Below, piece after piece: positions 53,036 to 64,000 of a stretch of 64,000 nt of DNA. The stretch is from Mobula hypostoma. Taxonomy: Eukaryota. Position 1 is the first letter of the stretch. Every line of letters starts with the position of its first letter. Under the pieces are notes generated by a model. It was not told where the DNA came from. It was given only the letters and a program-made list of their open reading frames with translations, and ran no database searches. The position numbers were made by a program, and so were the translations under genes. The stretch spans positions 146,446,001 to 146,510,000 of the forward strand of contig NC_086097.1 of NCBI RefSeq assembly GCF_963921235.1, written 5' to 3'.

Positions 53036-54919
53036 ATTACTGTTTAAATTGTTAGTTGGTTACTTTGTTCACATGTTATTTTTGCCCAAGTATGATTTCT
53101 AAGCTTAAATGGATAGCATAGAGATCAGATCTAGGATAACTTTGCCTTTAGCTGATGTTAGTTCAGTCTATTTTAAAACCTTCTAATTTGCATTTCACTA
53201 TTCTGAAGGAAATAGTGAATCCTTTTCTGACAATGATACAGACTCTCATGTGTTAATCTCTCTGATGGATGCATAGATAGTCCTGTTAATTGTTGTTGAC
53301 AGCCAAGACTGCTTAATCTTACCTGATTTTCAGATTTGTGTACTTTCTGGCAGAAACTAATGGCTGACGCATAGGATGAGGCCACTAGTCTAGCCCTTTT
53401 TTTTATTTCCTTAATAAGAGGCTAGGGAAGCACGTTGTTGCAACATGTTTTGTTATCCTGGCTTGAAACAAAACAATTCATTTCAGGTTGAATATTGTAC
53501 TTGGAATCATTTAAGCAGCTAAACTGGGTCCTTGATACCTTTATCTTCTGGATAATATTTGGATTCTTTCTGGGAATATTAAACTTATGATAACTGGTTA
53601 GATAATTGTATAAAGCCACATACTGAACTGGAATTAAAAGTGAATGGGGAGTCAGAATTTGGACTGTAGTCCGGATGAGTACATTTGGTTATAGAGCACA
53701 TTTCAAGTGTTCTATAGATGTTAACAAGCAACAAATATTTAACTATGCTTCCTAAATGCCTGACGATATTTTATATGATAGCGTATCACACCTAACTGCT
53801 GTTTATTCACCCACGGACTGTGCATAATTTTGTGTTAAATAAATAGGCTGTTTCCTTATATTCTTTCACAGTGTAAGAGGGATTTCAATTTTTCTTTTCA
53901 AAGCGTCCCTGCAATTTGATTTTGTTTTGAAAATAGACGGAGTTGTGAAGAGAGAGTCCAGGTACTGCATGGTTTTCCCTGTGCTCCGAAAGGCAAAATA
54001 AAATGGAAGAGCGTATAAGAAAGATCAAAGTCCAGGGAATTCAAAAATCAGTCCTTTTGTGGCTACGTGTGGGCTGCAGAATATTTTGGCTGTGGGTAGT
54101 TGTGCAATTCCAAGAAACAGAAGGGAAGAATGATACTGCAGTCAAAATAAATCTGGCAAAGTCTGTACTGCTGTGCAGTTATTTATTCTTCTTATGTGAC
54201 CCTCTCCCTATTCGTTAGACAGAGGCATTGACCTAAAGAAGTTTAAAAAGAATCATAAGCCATTTGTAAGTTTTAAGGCTAATTCTCCGGTATTGTGTTT
54301 CTATAAAAGGATAAGCAAACTAGCAATTAGTGACCCTTTTTACAATATTCCATATGTACGATGGCCAGTGAAGTTATTCTTACAAGTAGTAATGAGATAA
54401 TGATGGAATAATGGAAAGGATGACAGAGAAACACCCCTTCTTTCCAAAAGAGTCCAGTGAGATCTTTTAGATCTCCTTGAGAAGCGAGCAGGGACTGAGG
54501 TTTAATGAATAATCTGAAAAATGACAGGGCCTTCAGTCAGGTGGGTGAGTGTTAGTTAGGACCATATTAATAAAACATTCCACTTCTGAAAATTGTTTTG
54601 TGGCAATGGAAGCATTCGTTTGCAAGATTTCCATTTGGTGCAGTGGATTTCCAACTTGATACCTCCAATAATGCAGCATTTCCTTAGTAATGCACAGGAA
54701 AATGAGTAAATTTTGTTTATTTTTATAATCCAGGCCATTCTAACAAGGTCAGCAATTATTGCCCATCCCTATTGGTCTTGAGAAGGTAACGTCCATCCAT
54801 TGAGAAAACACTTACAATGGTGCTAATTAGAAAGATCCAGAACAGTGAAGAAATCTGATATATTTTCAAGTCAGATGATATGTGATATGAAGAGAAATCC
54901 TCAGGTGACAGTGTAAGAT

Positions 54920-56132
54920 AAAACTTTATTTATCCCAAAGGAAATTAATGTTACAAGTTTGCTCAGTCAGAAATATATACTTTAAAATACAAAATGTAAC
55001 CATTGAGATATGAAAAAGAATACAAAATGTGCATTAAAAAGTAATAGTGCCAGATTCACATGTCCAATGAAACCATATACTTATATACTTAAGGAGGAGG
55101 AGTTGTAGAGTCTTAAAGCCACAGGGAGAAAGGATCTCCTGTGGTGTTCAGTGGTGCACTTCAGTGGAATCAGTCTATTACTAAAGGTGCTCCTCTGTTT
55201 GTCCAGTATGTCATGGAGGGGGTGAGAGGGATTGTCCATAATATTCTGTAGCTTCTGCAGCATCCTCCTCTCAGACACAACCTCCAGGGAATCCAGTTCC
55301 ACCCCCAGAACAGAACCGGCCTTCCTGACGAGCTTATCGATCTTATTGGCGTGAGCTGCTCTCACCCTGCTGCCCCAGCAGACTACGGCAAAGAACAGAA
55401 CGTTGGCCGCCATTGAGTTGTAGAGCATCTGCAGCAAAGTACTGCAGATGTTGAATAACTGGAGCCTCCTCAGGAAGTACATTCAGCTCTGTCCCTTCTT
55501 GTACAGAGCCCCTGTGTTTTTATTCCAGTCCAGTTTATTGTCTAGGTGAGTTGCCAGGTATTTGTAGTCCCAGACGACTACCGCATCGGTTCCCTTGATG
55601 GAGATGGGAATGCAGGGTGTTTTCACCTTTCTGAAGTCCACCACCAACTCCTTTGTCTTAGTGATGTTGAGCTGCAGGTGATTCAGCCCACAACTGCCGA
55701 ATCGTCTGAAAACTTCTGCAGGTGGCAGGACTTGGAGTTGTATCTGAGGTCGAAGGTGTAGACGGTGAACAGGAAGGGGGACAGGACAGTCCCCTAAGGT
55801 GCCCCTGTGCTTCCAACCACAGTGTCTGAATCACAGCTCTGCAGTCTCACATACTGTGCCGTCTGGACACGTAGTCTGTAATCCAGGGCACTAGTAGAGC
55901 ATCCACCTGCATCTCCATGAGCGTACTCCCTAGTAAAACATGTTGTATGATGTTAAAAGCACTGGAGAAATCAAAGAACACAGTGCTGCCCAGTTCATCC
56001 AGATGGGTGTAAGCCCATTGAAGCAGGAAGGTAATGGTGTCCTTAACTCCAATAGGTGGTTCATAAGCAAACTGCAGGAGCTGGAGTGATGGATTTACGA
56101 TGGTACAGAGGTGTCTCCGGACCAGTCTCTTC
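54920..56132 (-). mobile_element. Rex/Babar-type LINE RT 3' fragment
   Basis: FFDFSSAFN, GAP*GTVLSPFLFTVYT, KFSDDSA, MYFLRRLQLFNIC; GGGATAAATAAAG tail. Confidence 0.9.
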
Positions 56133-56139
56133 TCGTGAT

Positions 56140-56900
56140 TTCATGATTTGTAATGGTTTCCATGTGCTTTCTGCTGTTGTCCTCCTTGGTAGTGGAGTTC
56201 ATGCATTTTAGTCTGATATAGCAGACTTGTGGAGGTGCACAGCATTTTGCAGATCATACACACTGCAGCCCTGGTGACCCATTGTTGCGAGGCATGAACG
56301 TTTAGAGTGGTAGGTGTGAATGTCAGTAGGTTGATTTGCACTGGATGGTGCCAAGCTTATTGCATGCTGTTAGAGCTGCATCTGCAAAGGCAATTGGAAC
56401 ACATTCCATCTCATTGCCTTTGGGCTGTCAGGTGGTGAGTCACTCCTTACAGGAAACTCAGCCTCTGACCTGTTGTAGCTACGTTACAACATTCATAAAG
56501 TTGATCCAGATTACCTCTTGTCCAGTTGATGGTGAAGGATTTGGCTACAGGCATCTCATTACATGTAAAGGGTAGGTGGCCAAATTTTCCCTTTATGGAG
56601 TTGGCAGTTTGATGTTCAAATGTTTCCAGCCACTTAGCAGTCCATGTTTGAATATTCTCTTGAAAGCTGTGATGCAGGTTGAAGATGTGTGGTTTTGGCA
56701 TTGGTAAGCACATTATTAGTAGATGCTGTTGATTATACTTTCACTGATAATTGATGATTAACTGTTTTGCATTTTCCCTGTTTAATGCAGTCAGAAAATA
56801 GCTGGGCATCTTTCCATTTGGAAAGGATGCTAGTGTTGTAACTGTACTGGAACAGTTTTGCTAGAGGTGGAGCTAGTTCTGGAGCACCAATCTTGTGACT
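56140..56900 (-). mobile_element. Highly decayed LINE fragment (CR1/L2-like)
   Basis: IQTWTAKWLETF and AAVCMICKMLC remnants. Confidence 0.45.
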
Positions 56901-59900
56901 TCTTAGCCTTTGCTACACTGAATGCTGAACAACTGTATGACCATTCTAAAAATATTAGATCACTGCCATTTTGGAAAATAAGGAAACAAAACACTAAATA
57001 ATACAGCTTGCATTGAGCCTTGATGTTTTTGAAAAATATAATAAATGGTACAATTGTTTCAAGACCATATACCTAAGTTCATTTGGCTGTTAATAAGAAA
57101 ACTATAGTGATTTTATAATTGGCTCAGTTTTACAATGTTTTTGACTTCCTTTTGGATCTTTAAAGCTTGGGCAAAGTTGGTTTAGTTTCATCCATCGATT
57201 TATAAAGGGAACTTATGCCATGAGTAACTGTATTCTTTGTACATCAGAATTTGCAAAAACTTGTTTCATTCATTTTGGCACCATTTTAGAGCTGAATTTA
57301 TTCTTAGTTTTGTTTAGTCTTTTGCTGGTTGGAGTTATTCCAGAAAACATGCCAAATTTTGTTAATTATAATCTACCCTGAAAGATTTGGGAACCTTTTG
57401 ACCAGATAGTGGTTCAGTAAGTAGATTCACTATATTCTTCTGATAGAATCATCTAACACAGAAGGAACCCATCTGGAGGAATAACAGGATTCCATTCTTT
57501 ACCTTGCCACTGAACCTGTTTCCATCACAATTTTAGCTATACATTCTAAATCTTAAAGACAACTAAAAAAAAGTCAATTTAAACGTCAATTATTTTAAAG
57601 ATAAGAATGGTCTCTATTATTTCCATTGCCAGTAGGTGCAGCAATCGCCATTCATACCTAAATCCCATAGATTAAGGATTAAGGTCTTTCATTGATTCTG
57701 TTATGGATTTATTGGGTATGCCTGCAAGAAAATAAAACTCAGGGTTGTATATGGTGACGTATGTGTGCTTTGATAATAAATATACTTCAAAATTTTTGAA
57801 CCTTCATTAAAAATATCTGGTCTCATCTAGTAAACGATTTTTATACTTTTTATACCCAAGGATTTGTCAATCACTGGTCTTAGAGATGATGTGATCTTTA
57901 GAACAGCATTTAGTTCAGCGAACATCTAAACCAGTGAGACGTTCTCTATCGGAATCTGGAGCTTATCTGAATCCAGCAAGTAAGAGTGTAGCTTCTCAGA
58001 TGATCAATTTGAAATATCTTCAGTGAAATATTTATAGTTACTAATTTATAAGCTCATAAAATCATGCTAATGAGATGCCATTGTTGAGGAAGATTGGAAA
58101 AGGAAATTGTTAAGTCTTGGATCTCCAGGTTTCCAAACTACTCCAACCACCATTCACCATTCACCAACCAGATGGAGAGACAGACAAGTAAGTTGTCCAG
58201 CTAGAAAATGTTGTGAGCCATCACCTTGTATAAACAGGGCAGCTTAGGATGCTGTCCATTCAGTGTGTTAGCAGATGATTCAAGATTATTTGAAAATTGA
58301 TAGCCTGATGATGTGGATGACTTAATTCCTTGCCCTGATGATGGTTTAATAACTTGACGGGGAATTGCTTGTACATTAGATTTGTGGAATTGAAAAACAG
58401 ACTGCATATATGACTCACTGCAACTGTCTGTACACTCCTAAATGGGCAAGTGTAGTCTCTCATATTTCCTGTCAGTTGAGGGGTTAGCCACTCATAACGG
58501 GAGATCCCTCATTTTACTATTTAAATCAGGATGTATGCTTCATATATTTTTCACTTTTCCAGTTTTACTAGTGAGCAGTTGGGTTTCCCAGATCTAGGCA
58601 AATCTAGCAGTTATCAAGCAGTGTAAGATATTCATGGAAGGGGCGGGAGCATTGTAATGCTGTGGATGATAAAGAGCAGGAGTGCTTTCCCCAGTGCTCC
58701 AACAGATTATTAACCATCCCAACAATAGTCTAATTGTGTTCTCATAGTTTATCCTATGGTCTCCTTGGCTCATGATGTACCCCTTTTGCTTATTCCATTT
58801 CCTTGCTCCTTCCTGATACTCACAGTATTTGCCTTACTTTTCTTGAATTGAATTCCCTTTTATTTTCAAGCTTCTCTGTTGCAGCCTTGTGCCACGGGCT
58901 TGCCTACTTGACATCAGCCAGTTTCTCAAGCAGGCTGGCTGCGGTCAAACAAAAGATTTTAAAATTAGCTCTCAGTTCCTGCCTTTACATTTAGCAGAAC
59001 ACGCTGTAGCCATTCTTCCAGGTTTGCTAAGGCAAAACATCTTCCCTGTCTCCCCTAAGTTATCAGGACCATAATGTAAGAAGCCATTTTATGAATTTGT
59101 GTCTGTGTGTGTGTTTGTGATTAATCTGATTTCAAACTCAATGAACTTTTGTAAACAGATACATAAATCAGAAGTAAAATGTCCCTGTAGTTTTCTTTCT
59201 GGTATTTTTCTTTTGGTGTAATGGAACATTTGATGGTGAGATTTGGCTGCAGTTGAAGAACCTGATTCACAACAGATGGACTGTAACATCACTCGTTCTC
59301 ACATTGTGATTAGAGGGCACAGTAATACTGTTTTCTGCAAACATTGCCAAAGTTGCATAGTGTTCTGTTAATGAGAGCAAAATATATTTAGTCACCCAAG
59401 GGGATTGATTGCATTGAATCTGCTTCGTAGTATTCACTAGTTCCACAATTGGAATTAAAGTAACTACCCTGGGAAATTTGGATGAAATCAGAAAGCTTCA
59501 TTGCATATTTTAAAAAAAGTTGGTACTTCTGTGTTTTGAGAATTTGCAACTCAACAAATTCTTTCTCTCTGGTAGCAATGACATACCGCATAGACTTTTA
59601 TGTACTCAATGCACATCTTCTTTCTTTCTGTGTGAGTTCCAAAAGCAATGGTTACTTGGATGTTCCACTGTTGAGTCATAGAGTTGTGCAGCACAGAAAC
59701 AGGCCCTTCAGCCCAACTGTTCAGTGCTGACCAAGATGCCCATGATAGAGGGGAATGTTAAAGCCAAATCCAATCATATTCTAACCAATGATCTTTTTCC
59801 ATTGGAGCCATGGTATGTGTATACCAGCAGAATTCCAGAAGTGTTGAGAGCAAATGCTTTGACTTTACCACTGTCTGGCAGAGACCAATTAAAAAGATTG

Positions 59901-60099
59901 GAGTATGACTGGGTCCTTGGACTGTATGGATTAGGCACTCGCTTAATGTCAGTTTAACAACAGAGTAGATTTAGGGTTGACATAAGTTTTTACTTCGATG
60001 CAACTGGGAAAGTCGATGCAAATGGCAGAACTACTATATGTTGCACTGATTTCACCGTCTTGTATTTGTTTTATTATCTAGAATTTATTTAAATTTTAC

Positions 60100-60855
60100 A
60101 TCCATCCCGCAACATGAGGGAGTAAAAATCTTTGCATTATGACTCTGTTGCAATGTACAGACATGTGAATTTAAAAGTTTGATGGCTTGTAGAAAGAAGC
60201 TATCCCATAGCCTGCTGGTCCTGCTTTAATGCTGCGGTACTGTTTGTCAGACGGAAGTAGCTGAAATGGTTTATGGTTGGGGTGACTGGTGTCCCTGATG
60301 ATCTTCCAGGCCTTCTTTTTGCACTTGCTGCTATAAATATCCTCACAGGAGGGAATTTCACATCCACAGATGCACTGCGCTGTCTGTAGCACTCTTTGCA
60401 TTGCCATGCGAAAAAGGTTGGTGCAGTTCCCATACCAGGCGGTGATACAGCCAGTCATTATGCTCTCAATGGTGTCCCTGTAGAAGTTCTTGAGGATTTG
60501 GTTGCCCATGCCGAACTTCTTCAGTCGCCTGAGATGGAAGAGATGTTGTTCTGCTTTTATTTGCCACAAAGCCACTGTGTACAGTCCAAACAACAGGAAT
60601 TCTGCAGATGCTGGAAATTCAAGCAACATACATCAAAGTTGCTGGTGAACGCAGCAGGCCAAGCAGCATCTATAGGAAGAGGCGCAGTCGACGTTTCAGG
60701 CCGAGACCCTTCGTCAGGACTGTGTACAGTCCAGGTGAGATCATTGGTGATGATCATTACTGAGGAACTTGAAACTATTCACCCTGTCAACTGCAGACCC
60801 ATTGATATTGATCAGGCCAAGTCTGTCCTCGTTCCTCCTGTAATCCACAATCAGA
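60100..60855 (-). mobile_element. L2/Rex-type LINE 3' fragment
   Basis: INGSAVDRVNSFKFL; KAEQHLFHLRRLKKFGM...TSHPNHK. Confidence 0.88.
60589..60718 (-). mobile_element. Short Penelope-derived element with intact hammerhead core and 15-bp TSD
   Basis: ACTGTGTACAGTCCA at 60574-60588 and 60719-60733; minus strand AGTC-CTGACGA-AGGGTCTCGGCCT-GAAACGTC-GACT. Confidence 0.88.
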
Positions 60856-60964
60856 TAGGCAGCAGTTAGGTTATTATATTTAACTTGAGCATCCTTAAAA
60901 CCAGGTATCAGTCCATCTTTTCTGCTATGTCCCATTGGTGGCTGTGCATGTGCCCTTCTCACCA

Positions 60965-61425
60965 TTCCTGATTTCACTGGTAGGAATGTTGAGTATTAAA
61001 GTCAGGAAGTCATGCTGTAGCCATATAACATTGTGGTTAGGCCACATTTGGAGTATTGCATGCATTTCTGGTTGCCACACTACAAGAAGAATGTGGGCTT
61101 TAGAGAGAGTGGAGATGAAGTTGACCAGGCTGCTACTTGGATTGAACTGGATTAACTGTAAGAATAAGTTAGACAAACTTGAATTGTTTTCTCTAGAATT
61201 TTGGAAACTGAAAGGGCTACCTGATAGAGGTTTAGAGAATGATGGGTGGTATACACAGAGTAGATAATCGGAGTCTTTTTTTCTCCCCCAAGGTGGGAAT
61301 GTCAAATACCAGAGGGCATTGATTCAAGGTGAGAGAGGATAAGTTTAGAGGAGGGTTATGAAGATTTTCCGCAGACAATGCTTAGTGCCTGGAATGTACT
61401 CTCTAGGGAGGTCGTAGAAGCATGT
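60965..61425 (+). mobile_element. Decayed CR1 3' fragment
   Basis: ALERVEMKLTRLLLGL...LDKLELFSLE. Confidence 0.75.
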
Positions 61426-61784
61426 TCAGTCTTTTTTAGGTACTCAGTAAATGTCCTATCATTCACAGGATGCAAGAAATAAATGGATGTTATTCTGCCC
61501 GTTCAGATGTAAAAATCTCTGCAAAACCCAGAGATTAAAGGTGGTGGCAAATCCGGTATTAGCATTCCCTGACAATTGTAGTCTGCAGACTAATCCGAGC
61601 AGAGGAGTATAGCACAATGAATTAAGAGGCACGTATAATTATGGTAGCAGAAAAAACATAGTTACGAAAATATTAAAATAATAAAATAATTATCTAGTTG
61701 TCAGTCTAATTATCGACTAACATTTTAAACACAATATACAGAAGTATACAAGTATACTGAAGAGAAATTAAACTGTGGCCTTGG

Positions 61785-62870
61785 CCTCTTCCTTAGGCAG
61801 TCGCTTGAATCAAGGGTGGCTTGCTTTTATTCCAGTTCTGTGGGTTCTGAAGAGACTGATGATGCCAAAACAGGATCCGTTCACTTTGCCATAATCCATC
61901 TGGAGGCGTTTGATTGAGCAGTGTGTCAGTACTATGAAACATTATGTGGATTTATCTGGTCTTTTGGCCTTCTGGATCCAAGAAGGGATTTCAAGGTATT
62001 CAGTGTTGTCCCAAATACAGCATCTGTATTTTGATCAGCCAAGATCCGGGGAATTCCACAAGTGAGTGAAGGTGTTATATTCTTCAAAGATACATCATTG
62101 AATTGTTTCCTTTGACCAGAGTCTGATCATGGGCTTGCAAATAATGCCCATCAGAGCAGGTTGAGTGCATCTACGGCCTGAATGCTTGTGATGCTAGAAA
62201 GATTGAGAATGGTATTTGGTGATGACACAGCTTACCTGGCCAGCAAGAATATAGCAGACGTAGGATAGGGATGAATTTCTGTGGGAAGCGAGAATGGGAG
62301 GAATATTACACAGACCCTCTTGATTCATGGAGTCAAAGCTTTTTTTGGAAGTCAAGCAAGCTGGTATAGAGTGGTAATTGTGCTCACTTTGTTGAATAGT
62401 AATGCGCTCCAATGTTGTACCTCCTGATGAGTGGAAAAACTTGAGGAGTAGCTGTGAGGCCACTGGAAGAAGATGGTTGAGGATCACCCATAGTGTAAAT
62501 TTCCCAGTGGCACATAGCAGGGAGCCCACTGTGTAGTTAGCACAGCTGGACAGGTTCCACTCTAGTGAAAGGCCTGTTAGTCTTAATAATAGCTATTCTT
62601 TCTTAAGATTCTTCAAAGCAAACACAGTACCTGTTGAGGTTTCAAAGATATTCAGTTGTTGGCAATTTGACTGCACCATCAACCTCTGATTAGTCAGTCA
62701 TTATTTTGCAATAAAGCTAATCTATGAACCAGCCAATGTGGACTGGAATGCAGGAATTCTTCAGTGGACTGAGAAAAGAGACAAAGCAAATGATATATCA
62801 GATGAAAGATTCCATCCATAGTGCTCCAGTACATCAGGCAGATATAAGAACTCGTCCTTGGTTGTAATTT
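61785..62870 (-). mobile_element. Highly decayed LINE, possibly RTE type
   Basis: Weak resemblance of the tail and broken ORF remnants only; boundaries uncertain. Confidence 0.35.
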
Positions 62871-63069
62871 CTGGAACTAAATGTGTGTCTATTGTACATA
62901 GGTGGAGTGACCACTCTTTCAAAGTTATAAAGTAGGCCACTTAGGATTTATAAGATAAAGGCCATGGTCAAAACATTTTAATAGTGGGCTTGTTTGAGGC
63001 CCTATGCTATTGACACTTTTACAGAATGTACAGGATCTTACCATTAAGGATCGAGCAATCTCTGGGCAG

Positions 63070-64000
63070 TAGAAACATAGAAACCCTACAGCACAATACA
63101 GGCCCTTCGGCCCACAAAGTTATGCCGAACATGTCCCTACCTTAGAAATTACTAGGCTTATCTATAGCCCTCAATTTTTCTAACCTCCATGTACCTACCC
63201 AAAAGTCTCATAAAAGACCCTATTGTATCCGTTTCCACCATCATTGCTGGCAGCCCATTCCACGCACTCACCACTCTCTGAGTAAAAAAACTTAACCCTG
63301 ACATCTCCTCTGTACCTACTCCCCAGCATCTTAAACCTGTATCCTCTTGTGGCAACCATTTCAGCCCTGGGAAAAAGCCTCTGACTATCCACACGATTTA
63401 TACCTCTCATCATCTTATACACCTCTGTCAGGTCACCTCTCATCCTTGTCGCTCCAAGGAGAAAAGGCCGAGTTCACTCAGCCTATTCTCATAAGGCATG
63501 CTCCCCAGTCCAGGCAACATCCTTGTAAATCTCCTCTGCACCCTTTCTATGGCTTCCACATCCTTCCTGTAGTGAGGCGACCAGGACTAAGCACAGTACT
63601 CCAAGTGGGGTCTGACCAAAGTCCTATATAGCTGCAACATTACCTCTTGGCTTCTAAATTCACTTCCACGATTGATGAAGGCCAATACACCATACGCCTT
63701 CTTAATTACAGATTCAACCTACGCAGCTGCTTTGAGCGTCCTATGAACTCGGACCCCAAGATCCCTCTGATCCTCCACGTTGCCAAGAGTCTTACCATTA
63801 ATACTATATTCTGCCATCATATTTGACCTACCAAAATGAACTACTTCATACTTATCTGGGTTGAACTCCATCTGCCACTTCTCAGTCCAGTTTTGCATCC
63901 TATCAATGTCCTGCTGTAACCTCTGACAGCCCTCCACACTATCTACAACACCTCCAGCCTTTGTGTCATCAGCAAACTTACTAACCCATCCCTCCACTTC
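63070..64000 (-). mobile_element. CR1 LINE 3' portion running off the window end
   Basis: WVSKFADDTK...WQMEFNPDK; MRGDLTEVYKMMRG; TTTCTATGTTTCTA tail. Confidence 0.93.

Overview
Eukaryotic, AT-rich, repeat-dense vertebrate DNA. The CR1, L2/Rex, Penelope, mariner and Harbinger landscape suggests a cartilaginous fish, probably a ray (inference). The one protein-coding gene I can support is a complete five-exon MYD88 on the minus strand: join 35274-34938, 23230-23144, 21116-20936, 19055-18964, 18194-18040 (852 nt, 283 aa, all introns GT-AG). Its intermediate-domain exon is unusually short. About 9.5 kb upstream, a CpG-enriched TATA promoter with a probable non-coding first exon points the other way (44.4-45.0 kb); its gene cannot be identified here. 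Most other ORFs in the track are decayed retrotransposon fragments or chance ORFs. The most notable non-genic signal is a family of roughly 105-190 bp elements identical in layout to the 3' end of a Penelope-like (GIY-YIG) retroelement. They carry a minimal hammerhead-ribozyme motif, and four copies have their own 9-15 bp target-site duplications. Repeat boundaries are approximate unless a TSD or TIR is quoted. No searches were run.
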